Source: Candidatus Limnocylindrales bacterium (GTDB lineage Bacteria > Chloroflexota > Limnocylindria > Limnocylindrales > CSP1-4). From it: a stretch of DNA of 58,313 nt. The notes beneath the pieces are model-generated. The model was given only the letters and a program-made list of their open reading frames with translations. It was not told the DNA's origin and made no database searches. Made by a program: the position numbers and the translations under genes. Of the stretch, positions 38,550 to 48,128 are shown one piece after another. Location: the NCBI GenBank assembly GCA_038251965.1, contig JBBSAV010000005.1, forward strand, positions 1-58,313, given 5' to 3'. Position 1 is the stretch's first letter. Each line of letters opens with the position of its first letter.

Positions 38550-40253
38550 TCAGGCATACCCCAGGAACGTTCCGATCTGGAAGACCAGCACCGCCAGCAG
38601 CCAGGCCAGGCCCAGCTGGTACAGACCGGAGAAGGCCGCCCAGCGCCAGCCGAATTCGCTGCGGATCGCGGCCAATGTGGCGATGCAGGGCGTATAGATG
38701 AGCACGAACATGACGAAGGCGACGGCGGCCAGCGGTGTGAAGTTGGCTGCCAGCGCGTTGCTCAGTGCGGTCTCCTGTGGGTCTTCGGCATCGCTCGAGA
38801 CCAGGTCCACACCGGGGATGATGCTCAACGTGGAACGGACAGCACCATCGATCGCGGCCACGAAGGAGCTCCCGATCTCACGGATGTCCTCGCCCAGCGA
38901 AGGAGGCGGGACCGCCGCATCGGAGGGCTCGTCACCCACGTACGCCTGTGCCATCGACGTCACCACCACTTCCTTGGCGATGAACCCGGTCACCAACGCT
39001 CCCGAGGCTTCCCAGGTGCCGAACCCGGCCGGCTCGAACACGGGCGCCGCGGCCGCGCTGACCTGGCCGAAGTAGCTGTCGCGCGGCTCTGCCACACCCC
39101 AGGGCAGGTTCATCAGGAACCATAGGCCCACCGACACGATGAAGATGACCGTGCCGGCCTTGACGATGAACTCCTTGGTCTTCTGCCAGGTGTGGGTGGT
39201 CAGCGCCTTCAGTGTGGGCACACGATAGGGCGGCAGTTCCAGCGCGAACACCGAGTCATCCCGTTGGCGCAGGATCGTACGCGACAGCACGACCGCGACG
39301 AAGCCGGCGATGAGGATGCCGATGACATAGAGACCGGTGATGACCGAGGCCGCCGCCGCACCGAAGAAGGCCAGGCCGAAGACGACATACACTGGCAAAC
39401 GAGCCGAACACGACATCAGCGGCACCAGCAGGCTGGTCATGATGCGCTGCGTGCGGTTCTCCAGGGTGCGCGTGGCATAGATGGCCGGCACGGCACACCC
39501 GAAGCCCAGCACCATGGGGATGAACGACTTGCCGTGCAAGCCGGTGAAGCGCATCACGCGGTCCATCACGAACGCCACCCGAGCCATGTAGCCACTGTCC
39601 TCGAGCAGCGTCAGGAAGAGGTACAGCACGATCAGACCGGGCACGAAGACGAGCACGGCGCCGACACCCGCGATGACGCCATCGACGACCAGCGAGACGA
39701 ACCAGTCGGGCGCAGAGAAGAGTTCCAGGATGGCGACGGCCCAGCGCGTGACCGGCCCACCGATGACCGCGTCCACCCAGTCGAGGAAGTAGCCCGAGAC
39801 CTCCACCACCAGCTTGAAGACGATGAACATCACAGCGAAGAAGATGGGCAGTCCCAGGAGCCGGTTGGTCAGGACCCGGTCGAGCCGGTCGGTGACGCTG
39901 TAGCGCGAGACGGCCGAGGTATCGACGACTTCCCGCACGACTCCGTGGACGTAGCCGTAGCGGGCATCGGCGATGGCGATATCGGCCGTGTCACCGTGCA
40001 TCGCCTCGATGCGCCCGCGTCCCGCCTCCGCTATGGCCACGAGGTCGGCACCGTCGTCGCTGCGCCCGACGCGAGCGACGAGGTCGGCCTCCCCTTCCAG
40101 CAGCTTGATGGCCAGCCAGCGCGGCTGAAACGAGCCGGCTAGCTCGGGGTGGGCTGCGATACGCTCGACCAGCGCGGCGATCTCTGCCTCGACCTCACGG
40201 CCGTAGTCGATACGAAAGGAAGGACGATCGGCAGTGCCGACGAACGTCGTCAC
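38550..40253 (-). CDS. feoB: FeoB helical + membrane domain (separate ORF)
   Basis: IADARY, LEDSGYMARVAF, GFGCAVPA, SCSARLPVY, ELPPY, YTPC. Confidence 0.92.
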   Translation of the reverse strand: MTTFVGTADRPSFRIDYGREVEAEIAALVERIAAHPELAGSFQPRWLAIKLLEGEADLVARVGRSDDGADLVAIAEAGRGRIEAMHGDTADIAIADARYGYVHGVVREVVDTSAVSRYSVTDRLDRVLTNRLLGLPIFFAVMFIVFKLVVEVSGYFLDWVDAVIGGPVTRWAVAILELFSAPDWFVSLVVDGVIAGVGAVLVFVPGLIVLYLFLTLLEDSGYMARVAFVMDRVMRFTGLHGKSFIPMVLGFGCAVPAIYATRTLENRTQRIMTSLLVPLMSCSARLPVYVVFGLAFFGAAAASVITGLYVIGILIAGFVAVVLSRTILRQRDDSVFALELPPYRVPTLKALTTHTWQKTKEFIVKAGTVIFIVSVGLWFLMNLPWGVAEPRDSYFGQVSAAAAPVFEPAGFGTWEASGALVTGFIAKEVVVTSMAQAYVGDEPSDAAVPPPSLGEDIREIGSSFVAAIDGAVRSTLSIIPGVDLVSSDAEDPQETALSNALAANFTPLAAVAFVMFVLIYTPCIATLAAIRSEFGWRWAAFSGLYQLGLAWLLAVLVFQIGTFLGYA

Positions 40254-40264
40254 GCCAGCGCCAG

Positions 40265-40804
40265 CTAGGCGACGAGGCGCAGCCGCGCGCGCCCGTGATC
40301 AGCCGGGCCGACCAGGCTGATGGCCGCGTCCAGCAGGTGATCAAGGCCACGTCCGCGGTGGCCGACGGTCTCGACGATGGGGGCGCGGCCGAGCAGGACG
40401 CTGAGCCGTTCGTGATCGATCTTGATGCCCTGCGCACGGGCGCTGTCGCTGACGTTGAGCGCCAGCACCAACGGGATGCCCAGCTCCAGCAGCTGCGCGG
40501 TGAGGTACAGGTTGCGCTCGAGATTGGTGGCGTCGACCACGTCGATGACGGCGTCGGCCTCACCCGTCAGCAGGTAGTCGCGGGTGATGATCTCCTCCGG
40601 CGACAACGCACTCAGGCTGTACGTGCCCGGCAGGTCCACCAGCCGGCCCACGACATCGGCATGACGAAAGGTGCCCTCCATCTTGGAGACCGTCTTTCCC
40701 GGCCAATTGCCCACGTGGTGACGTGAACCGGTGAGGGCGTTGAAGATGCTCGTTTTGCCGGCATTGGGATTGCCCGCGAGCGCCAGGGTCAGGGAGTCGC
40801 TCAT
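40265..40804 (-). CDS. feoB: FeoB GTPase domain (separate ORF)
   Basis: GNPNAGKT, VGNWPGKTV, DLPGTYSL, LERNLYL. Confidence 0.92.
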   Translation of the reverse strand: MSDSLTLALAGNPNAGKTSIFNALTGSRHHVGNWPGKTVSKMEGTFRHADVVGRLVDLPGTYSLSALSPEEIITRDYLLTGEADAVIDVVDATNLERNLYLTAQLLELGIPLVLALNVSDSARAQGIKIDHERLSVLLGRAPIVETVGHRGRGLDHLLDAAISLVGPADHGRARLRLVA

Positions 40805-41181
40805 GCGGCGCTCGCCGTCTCGTCGACGGTTTCGAGAGCCTCCACGATGATGGTCACGGCTTCACGCTTGCGGAGGGACAGGTGATAGCCCTTGATGATG
40901 AACTCCAGTGGGTCACCCAGCGGTGCGGCTCGTTGCAGGGTGATCGTCTCGCCACGAACGACGCCAAGCTCCAGGAGCCTGCGTCGCGCAGCGGGGCGAC
41001 CCCCGACTCGCAGGATGCGGCCGCTCTGGCCACGACCAAGCTCATCAACACCCACGATCGATGCGGCAGCCGGGCAGGACTTGCGGCAACGCCTGGGGAC
41101 CGGACGGCCGAGCGCGAAGGCGCGCGTCAGAAACCGGCAGGATCGATGCTCGCAATCCTGAGTCGGGGAGTCAGGATTCAT
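40801..41181 (-). CDS. feoA: FeoA with Cys-rich N-terminal extension
   Basis: RRLLELG, APLGDPLE, LSLRKREA. Confidence 0.88.
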   Translation of the reverse strand: MNPDSPTQDCEHRSCRFLTRAFALGRPVPRRCRKSCPAAASIVGVDELGRGQSGRILRVGGRPAARRRLLELGVVRGETITLQRAAPLGDPLEFIIKGYHLSLRKREAVTIIVEALETVDETASAA

Positions 41182-41279
41182 ATGCCTATTGCAATCGACT
41201 CGGCGATCGATGGGTAGTGACGTGTGGCCGGTCCACGCGGTCCCTTAGGCACGAAGTCTGGACGCCTTGTGGGTGTGTA

Positions 41280-42404
41280 TCAGGTGGCCTTGACAGATGG
41301 CGACCCGAGTCGCAACCAGAAGCGCGCACCATGTGGCGCCACGTTCTCGGCGCCGGCACTGCCGCCTTGCGCATCGGCCAGCGCACGGACGATGGACAGC
41401 CCCAGGCCTGAGGTGCCTGGCACACGCGCTCGTGCCGGATCAGCACGGTAGAAGCGCTCGAACACGTAGGGCAGGTCTTCAGTGGGGATGCCGGGTCCGG
41501 TGTCACGCACGGCCAAGCGCCCTGCGCCCTCCTCGGGCCAAGCCTCCAGCACGATGCTGCCACCCGCGGGCGTGTGCCGCAGCGCGTTGTCGACCAGGGC
41601 AGCCACCATCTGGCGCAGCCGCTCGCGATCAGCACGAACCAGGACGGGCTCGCCTCCGGACTCGACCTTGACACGCACGCCGGCGAACTGCGCGCGGGGC
41701 CCAAAGCTCTGGGCCACCGCGCCAAGGACCTCGACCGCGTCGACCTCGGCCAGCTGGAGCGGCATCTGCCCCGATTCGGCCAGACTCACGGTGCGCAGAT
41801 CATCGACCACACGCGCCAGCAGGTGTGACTGGTCGCGGATGGTCTCAAGGTGCCGATCATCATGCTCGTAGACGCCATCAAGGATCGCGGTGGTGGTGGC
41901 GTCGATGACGGTGAGCGGCGTCTTGAGCTCGTGCGCTGCATCTTGGAAAAGGCGACGCCGGGCGGCGTCCGAGCGCTCCAGTGCCTGGGCCATGCGGTCG
42001 AAGGAGCGCCCCAGGTCGCCGATCTCGTCGCCCCGCTCAGCCACCGCTGAGCGACGATCGAGGTTGCCGGCAGCGACATCGGCAGCAGCGTCGCGCAGCC
42101 GCCCCAACGGTCGCACCAGTCGCCCCGCCACCAGGAAGCCGAGCACCGACGCCGCGGCCGCCGCGGCCGCCGCGACCAGCACGATGGCTACCGTCGTCTC
42201 CTCCTGCGCGCGCCCAGGGCCGCGCCCTTCGCGAGGACCCGGTCCCAACCCCTGGCCCATGCCTTGCCCGCTGCCACGCGCAGCATCGACCTCGGCCCGC
42301 CGAAAACCCTGGTCCACGATGGCCGGGGTCACCAGCGCGATGGCGCTGCCGGTGACGATGGCCACCAGCGCGAAGATCAGTGCCAGACGGATACGCAGGC
42401 TCAT
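41280..42404 (-). CDS. HAMP sensor histidine kinase (BaeS-like)
   Basis: Two TMs, HELKTPL, DNALRHT, DTGPGI, GLGLSI. Confidence 0.93.
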   Translation of the reverse strand: MSLRIRLALIFALVAIVTGSAIALVTPAIVDQGFRRAEVDAARGSGQGMGQGLGPGPREGRGPGRAQEETTVAIVLVAAAAAAAASVLGFLVAGRLVRPLGRLRDAAADVAAGNLDRRSAVAERGDEIGDLGRSFDRMAQALERSDAARRRLFQDAAHELKTPLTVIDATTTAILDGVYEHDDRHLETIRDQSHLLARVVDDLRTVSLAESGQMPLQLAEVDAVEVLGAVAQSFGPRAQFAGVRVKVESGGEPVLVRADRERLRQMVAALVDNALRHTPAGGSIVLEAWPEEGAGRLAVRDTGPGIPTEDLPYVFERFYRADPARARVPGTSGLGLSIVRALADAQGGSAGAENVAPHGARFWLRLGSPSVKAT

Positions 42405-43084
42405 CGCCGAGCGGCTCGGTAGCCGACGCCACGTACGGTCTCGATGTAGTCGCCTCCAGCGGAGGGCCGGCCGAGCTTGCGGCGCAGGTTCTTGACATGA
42501 CTGTCGATGGTGCGGTCGTCGGCCTCGAAGGCCTCGCCAAAGATGCGCTCACCCAGTTGGCCTCGGCCGAGCACCGTGCCCGGTCGCTCGGCGAGCGTGG
42601 CGAGGAGGTCGAACTCGACACGGGTGAGGGGGATATCGACATCGCCACGTCGGACCTCACGGGCGTCGGAGTCGATGGTGAGGTCGAGGAAGGCGCGAGC
42701 GAGGGGAAGTGCGCGTGACTCATCGAGGCGCCGCAGGATCGCGCCGATGCGAGCCACCAGCTCACGCGGCTCGAAGGGCTTGGTGAGGTAGTCGTCGGCA
42801 CCCATCTCCAAGCCGGCCACTCGGTCGATGACGTCGTCGCGCGCGGTCAGCATGATCACGGCGCTGTCGATCCCATCCGCGCGCAGCTGCCGCAGGACCT
42901 CGAAACCCGAGCGACCGGGCAGCATCACATCGAGGACGAGGACATCAGGCTGGGTCGAACGTGCCAGCTGGTAGGCCTGCTCGCCATCGGCGGCCGTATC
43001 GACCCGATAGCCCTCACGCACCAGATAGGCGCTGACAACCTGGGTGATGTGGGGTTCGTCGTCGACGACGAGGATGCGGACCAT
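42401..43084 (-). CDS. OmpR-family response regulator
   Basis: VVDDE, LDVMLP, GADDY.TKPF, ETVRGVGY. Confidence 0.95.
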   Translation of the reverse strand: MVRILVVDDEPHITQVVSAYLVREGYRVDTAADGEQAYQLARSTQPDVLVLDVMLPGRSGFEVLRQLRADGIDSAVIMLTARDDVIDRVAGLEMGADDYLTKPFEPRELVARIGAILRRLDESRALPLARAFLDLTIDSDAREVRRGDVDIPLTRVEFDLLATLAERPGTVLGRGQLGERIFGEAFEADDRTIDSHVKNLRRKLGRPSAGGDYIETVRGVGYRAARR

Positions 43085-43165
43085 GGGGCGTCGATGGTAC
43101 GTCGAAGGCCGGGAACAGTGCCGGCCTTCGAGCGCGAACGTACAGGTCGTGGTGCGAGCGACCGT

Positions 43166-44032
43166 CTAGGACAGGCTCTCGAATGCCGCCTGGTGGTAGC
43201 CGCTGGCGGTCAGCAGGTGCGAATACATGTTGAAGACGTCGAGTGCGGTCTCATCGAGCCCGACCATGCGCTGTTCCAGGTCGGCGATGTCGGCGACCTC
43301 GATCTGGACGGCAGCAGCCAGGGCTTCATCCAGGCTCGTCGAGCCCTGGGCGATGAGGTCGGTGTAGAGCTGCTGCAGGCCGGCGTCTCTCAGCTCGCCT
43401 TGGGCGAGGTCCGCCGTGGGGTCATCGATACCGTAGCGTCCGAGGATGGTCCCGACTGCGACCTGGTGGCGCGCCTCCGACATGGCGATACGCTCGAACG
43501 TGGGCAGGTCGTACAGCTCCGCGAACGCCATGTAGACATCGTGTGCCAGCTTCTCTTCGTTGGCCATGAAGACGAGTCCCGCGATGTCGTCGTCGGTGAG
43601 CGTACCCATCTCGAACAGGCAGTCTTCGCACGCCTGCGGGCCGCGAACCGTGTCGCTGTCCCAGCCGCGGCCCGCGCCCACGCTAGCGCTGCCGTTGCGA
43701 CCCTGTCCCGCACCGCGCTCGTCGGTGTCGCGTGCCGGGCCGCCCCTGTCATCGCCACGGCGCGCCTGGCTTCGGCCTTGGTCTTGTCCGGCGCGCGCTT
43801 GGACCTGCCCACCACCACCGGCGTTAGCGGCTGTATCGGTCCGTGTACCGGAACCGTCCCGCGCACGGGCCTGCCGCTGCACCTGGGCCTGGTCGTTGGG
43901 GCAGTCGGCGTCACAAGCGCCCGCGCCGGGCCCTGGGCCCTTGGCGAAGGCCGCGGTCGGCGCCAACGCGGAGGCGGTGAGTGCCAGGGCTGCCGAGAGG
44001 GCAAGGATGTTGCGAGACGAGCGGATCTGCAT
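43166..44032 (-). CDS. Secreted DUF2202 ferritin-like protein
   Basis: Signal peptide, Gly-rich region, EEKLAHDVY, SEARH, IEVADIADL. Confidence 0.82.
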   Translation of the reverse strand: MQIRSSRNILALSAALALTASALAPTAAFAKGPGPGAGACDADCPNDQAQVQRQARARDGSGTRTDTAANAGGGGQVQARAGQDQGRSQARRGDDRGGPARDTDERGAGQGRNGSASVGAGRGWDSDTVRGPQACEDCLFEMGTLTDDDIAGLVFMANEEKLAHDVYMAFAELYDLPTFERIAMSEARHQVAVGTILGRYGIDDPTADLAQGELRDAGLQQLYTDLIAQGSTSLDEALAAAVQIEVADIADLEQRMVGLDETALDVFNMYSHLLTASGYHQAAFESLS

Positions 44033-44126
44033 GGTTCGGTTCTCCATCTGGTTGGGGCGCCATGTAGGCGTCCGAGCGGTTCGATGGGTCCACCATGGCG
44101 TGCCCATGCGCACCTGCCATGGACCG

Positions 44127-44150
44127 AAGATGGAGTTCGTGTGGAGATGC
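44127..44150 (-). promoter_or_regulatory. Possible OmpR-family direct repeat upstream of the DUF2202 gene
   Basis: CTCCACA-CGAA-CTCCATC, 11-bp period. Confidence 0.35.
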
Positions 44151-44160
44151 GGCTCGGCCG

Positions 44161-45666
44161 TCAGGCGTGCGGCCACTCGCGTACGTAGCGCAACTGGTCG
44201 GGCATGGTCAGCGTGTGCCGTCGGGCCGCGTGCACACGATCGATGGCTGTGGCGGCGTCCAGGCCGGCCTCGCGCAGCAGGCATGCGGCGGTCATTCCGG
44301 TACGGTCGAGGCCGCCCCGGCAGGCGATCGCCAGCGTCTCGCCCGAGCGCACACGCGAGGACACCACTGCCAGCAGCGCCCGGTAGGCGCCGTCATCGCG
44401 TGGCACCTGTGGGTCGGGGATAGGGAAGCGGATGAGTTCGACACCGCGCGCGTCCAAGGCGTCAGCCACGTCGGGGACACGACAGCGGTCGAGCTCCTTG
44501 TCCTCCACGTGCAACAGCACGAGGTCCACGCCAAGCTCAGCAAGGCGAACCGCATCTGTGTCCAAGTCCCGCCAGTGCGGCCCGCTGTAGTACCCCAGGT
44601 AGCGTTTGCCCGGCAAGAAGGTCATGCCCACGCGACCTCCCGCGCGCCCCAGGTCACTGCCGTCAAGGTCCAGCATGTCCACCCGCAGCGGCTGCCGCCT
44701 TGAGGTACACCACGGGTTTCCGTCCCACTGGGACGTGTCCGTCTCCACCAGGCGGTCGGCCAGATCTTGTGCGATGTAGCGGTCGCGCAGGCCGCGGCGC
44801 CACGCTGCAGGGATGGCATGGACGCCGAACCAGGCACCCGCCAGGCCGCCGGCGATGGCGGCAGTGGTGTCGGTGTCGTCGCCGTAGCGCACAGCCGCCG
44901 TCACGCACGACGCGTAGTCCGGGGCTGCGGCAAACACGTCCCAGGCCGACCAGAAGCTGTCCACCACATGACCACGCCCCTGGCGGCCTGGCCAGGCCTC
45001 GAACGCGTCGAGGGCGGCAACGGCGTCGGCAGGAGCGGCTGATTCCCTGGAGCCCGGCAAGCCTGCGTCGGTCAGGATGCCTCTGACACGGGTCCGGGCG
45101 TCGTCGAGGACCGCGGCGCGATCCTCTGCCCCAGTCAGCAGCCGCCGGACGATGAGGGCGTAGAGCGCGCAGGCGAGCTGGGCTTCGGCACTGCCATGGG
45201 TGACCCGGGAGGCCCGCACCGCCTTGTCCACGAGATCCTCGTCGTCGATGTCACGCAGCACCAGCGCCAACGGCAGGATGCGCATGAGCGAGCCATTACC
45301 CTTGGCAGCGACACCGCCGGCCTCCTCGGGCGGCGTACCCGATCGGAGCGCGTGAAGCGCCTGCGAGGTGGAGATGCCGACGTCGAACACGAGCCCGCCG
45401 GGCGCGTAGGCACCTTCATCTCGCCAGGCCAGGGCTCGTCGCGCCTGGTCGGCCGTATCGAAGCCCACGCTGAGCAGCGAGTCGAGCAGCGCCAACATCA
45501 AGGCGCCGTCGTCACTCCACGTACCCGGTGGCTGGTCATGGGAACCGTGGCCGCGCCACTCGACCGTGCCGATGTCGCTCCCAGACATGAACTCGTAGGG
45601 AACGCCCAGGGCGTCGCCGCAGAGGTGACCGTAGACGGCGCCTTCGAGGCGCTCCGGCAACAACAT
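44161..45666 (-). CDS. ADP-ribosylglycohydrolase fused to C-terminal CDKN3-like Cys phosphatase
   Basis: GDALG, WSDD, GNGSLMR, TH, DTDT; C-terminal FPIPD and CRGGLDRTG. Confidence 0.88.
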   Translation of the reverse strand: MLLPERLEGAVYGHLCGDALGVPYEFMSGSDIGTVEWRGHGSHDQPPGTWSDDGALMLALLDSLLSVGFDTADQARRALAWRDEGAYAPGGLVFDVGISTSQALHALRSGTPPEEAGGVAAKGNGSLMRILPLALVLRDIDDEDLVDKAVRASRVTHGSAEAQLACALYALIVRRLLTGAEDRAAVLDDARTRVRGILTDAGLPGSRESAAPADAVAALDAFEAWPGRQGRGHVVDSFWSAWDVFAAAPDYASCVTAAVRYGDDTDTTAAIAGGLAGAWFGVHAIPAAWRRGLRDRYIAQDLADRLVETDTSQWDGNPWCTSRRQPLRVDMLDLDGSDLGRAGGRVGMTFLPGKRYLGYYSGPHWRDLDTDAVRLAELGVDLVLLHVEDKELDRCRVPDVADALDARGVELIRFPIPDPQVPRDDGAYRALLAVVSSRVRSGETLAIACRGGLDRTGMTAACLLREAGLDAATAIDRVHAARRHTLTMPDQLRYVREWPHA

Positions 45667-45917
45667 CCGATCGACCCTCCGATGTGACCGCCACGCCTGG
45701 CGGATGGCCCGGCGCCACGGGGTTCGCCGCAGCCGGGACCAGAAGAATGCTCCGTCGGACTGACCGCTGCCTTCGGTCATCGCACGGACAGGCCGATAGG
45801 CAAGGCGTAGACCAAGGCGATCACGGCTCTCGTGGCGATGACCGTATCTCCCGAGAGGGACTCGTCGACCGGATCGATCGACTCTCTCGCCATCGGTCGA
45901 CGGCAGCTGTGGCCGGG

Positions 45918-46394
45918 TCAGATCTCGCTGGGAACCTGGCGCAGCAGCCGACAGGTGGCGCCAAAGAACTTGTGGAAGCCGTCGGCGGTCTTGCCGTACC
46001 AGAGCGGACAGCTCACCAGGGCGGTGATGCCGTTGTCGCGGCAGAACTGGTGAGCCTCTTCCGAATAGCTGCCGGCCCCGAAGTTCTTGTGGATCCAGAC
46101 CTTGGTGACACCGGCTTCCTTGCAGTCCTGGGCCACTGCCAGCGAGGCCTTGGGATTGGTAGCGATGACGACGGCATCGACGCCGCCGGGGATGTCCTTG
46201 ACGCTGTGATAGCAGGTGTCGCCCATGATGGTGTCCGCGTTGGGGTTGACCGGAAAGACCTCGTAACCGCGCTCCTTGAAGCGCGAATAGATGCCATTGC
46301 TGGCGTGAGCGCCACCGAGCTGACGCGAGACGCCTGCGACGGCGATACGCGCAGACGACTGGAATGCTTCGACGGCCTGGTCGATCGTGGGCAT
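45918..46394 (-). CDS. CoA-binding domain protein (YccU-like)
   Basis: IAVAGVS, PVNP, KVWIH, CPL; AGGAGG RBS. Confidence 0.85.
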   Translation of the reverse strand: MPTIDQAVEAFQSSARIAVAGVSRQLGGAHASNGIYSRFKERGYEVFPVNPNADTIMGDTCYHSVKDIPGGVDAVVIATNPKASLAVAQDCKEAGVTKVWIHKNFGAGSYSEEAHQFCRDNGITALVSCPLWYGKTADGFHKFFGATCRLLRQVPSEI

Positions 46395-46548
46395 GACATC
46401 CTCCTGCAGATCGAAAGAGATGAGTTCCGATCGCGCCTCAGGCTCCCCGTCGATACGTTCGGCGCCAAGAGCCGTTCTGCCCCGTGGGATGTGCCCTTTT
46501 CGCCCGTTTGCCGGATTCCTGCCCGGCTGGAGTGTGTTCGCCAGGCAG

Positions 46549-47331
46549 CTACTCGGCCGGAGCGTCCGATGCCGGGGTGTCCGATGCCGGCATGTCCGCG
46601 GCAGGGCTCTCGTCGGCCATGGCTGCGTCACGCTTGAGGAAGAGCTGCCATTCGAGGTCACCGTTGCCCGCGACGGACACCACGATGGGCGCGCTCGGCA
46701 TGGTCACGCCGAAGGAGGTGAAGTCCACCGGCAGCGTGCCCACCACCACGACCACCTCGCCGACGCGCTGACCGGTCAGCTCCAACGTCACGTCCTGGCT
46801 GACGTCGCGGATGGTGAGGCTGCCGGGCATCGACGCCGTGAAGGGCCCGCCATCGACCGGCACCACACCCAGGTCCACGGGACTATCCGAAGTGAACGTC
46901 GCGGTCGGGAACTGGCCGGTGCCGAGCGCGCGCTGGATGGCGTCATCACGGCGCGGTCGATCGCTGATGATGGCGCTGAGATCGGCCTCGATAGTGGCGC
47001 TTTCGATGACCGATCCGACCGCCTCCAGCTGGCCACTCACCGCGGGCGTCCGCCCCACGGCATCGACCGAACCGCCCGGATCGAGCACCTCGGCCACCCG
47101 GAACCCGACCCAGGAGCTGCTGAAGTCGGCGAAGTCGCCGATCTCGGTGTCGATGGTCCAGGTGCCATCGATGTCCGCTGCCGCGGGCTGTTCGCTCGCG
47201 GGTGCGGCGGTCTCCTGCGCGTGCGTCACAGCCGTGCCCAGGACCAGGGCGACACCAAGGGCGACGGCCGCGACGGACAACATGCGCAGACCGCGATGGC
47301 GATCGATGGGGACGACTCGGACCTTGCTCAC
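46549..47331 (-). CDS. YceI-family secreted protein
   Basis: GTWTID, VGFRVAE, SDRPRRD, FPTATF, GSLTIRDV. Confidence 0.88.
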   Translation of the reverse strand: MSKVRVVPIDRHRGLRMLSVAAVALGVALVLGTAVTHAQETAAPASEQPAAADIDGTWTIDTEIGDFADFSSSWVGFRVAEVLDPGGSVDAVGRTPAVSGQLEAVGSVIESATIEADLSAIISDRPRRDDAIQRALGTGQFPTATFTSDSPVDLGVVPVDGGPFTASMPGSLTIRDVSQDVTLELTGQRVGEVVVVVGTLPVDFTSFGVTMPSAPIVVSVAGNGDLEWQLFLKRDAAMADESPAADMPASDTPASDAPAE

Positions 47332-47522
47332 GGCGATCTCCTGTAGGGTCAGGTGGAGACGCAGCATATCCGCCATCGATGAATGCAGCGTGACCGCTCC
47401 AGGCGACGCGCACCTCCACAAGCGACCTCAAGGTCGCCGGCCCCGCGTAGGCTTCACGCGGTCGTGCCGACCTGCCATCCATCGCCAACAGCTCGGCTCG
47501 CACACAGCATTGGAGGACAAGC

Positions 47523-48116
47523 ATGACCCGACTCGAACCACTCGCCCTCGACCAGGTCGAGGGACTCGAAGCGGTGGAACAGACCTACCAGCGCACCCTC
47601 GGGTTCGTGCCCAACGGGTTGCGCATCATGGCTCGCCGCCCGGAGATCGTGCAGGGCTTCATCGCGCTGCGGCGGGCGGTCCTGGACCCGGCCTCAGGCA
47701 CCGTGCCGGCAGAGCTGAAGAACCTCGTCGCCCACATCGCCAGCCGCACCCACGGCTGCCAGTATTGCCAGGCGCACGCGCTGCAAGGTGCCGAGCGCGC
47801 GGGTGCCGAGCAGGCCAGGCTGGAGGCCGTCTGGGAGTACCAGACCAGCGAACTCTTCAGTGAGGCCGAGCGCGCAGCGCTGGACTTCGCGGTCCATGCC
47901 GCATCGGTGCCGAACCTCGTGACCGATGCCGACTTCGACCGGCTACGCGAGCACTTCGACGAGGGGCAGATCGTGGAGATCCTGGCGGCTGTGTCGCTCT
48001 ACGGCTTCCTCAACCGCTGGAATGACTCGCTGGCGACACCCTTGGAGGAGTCCTCAGCAGCTGTGGCAGAGGCGGCCCTCGGCGATAAGGGCTGGACGCG
48101 CGGCAAGCACGTCTAG
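47523..48116 (+). CDS. AhpD/carboxymuconolactone-decarboxylase-family peroxidase-like protein
   Basis: GFVPN, CQYCQAH, ERAALDFA, FLNRWN. Confidence 0.88.
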   Translation: MTRLEPLALDQVEGLEAVEQTYQRTLGFVPNGLRIMARRPEIVQGFIALRRAVLDPASGTVPAELKNLVAHIASRTHGCQYCQAHALQGAERAGAEQARLEAVWEYQTSELFSEAERAALDFAVHAASVPNLVTDADFDRLREHFDEGQIVEILAAVSLYGFLNRWNDSLATPLEESSAAVAEAALGDKGWTRGKHV

Positions 48117-48128
48117 CGGCCGCGTCCT

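Noticed and set aside
41182-41220. Fur box upstream of feoA
   Set aside because: No convincing match to the 28913 operator or to a 7-1-7 palindrome
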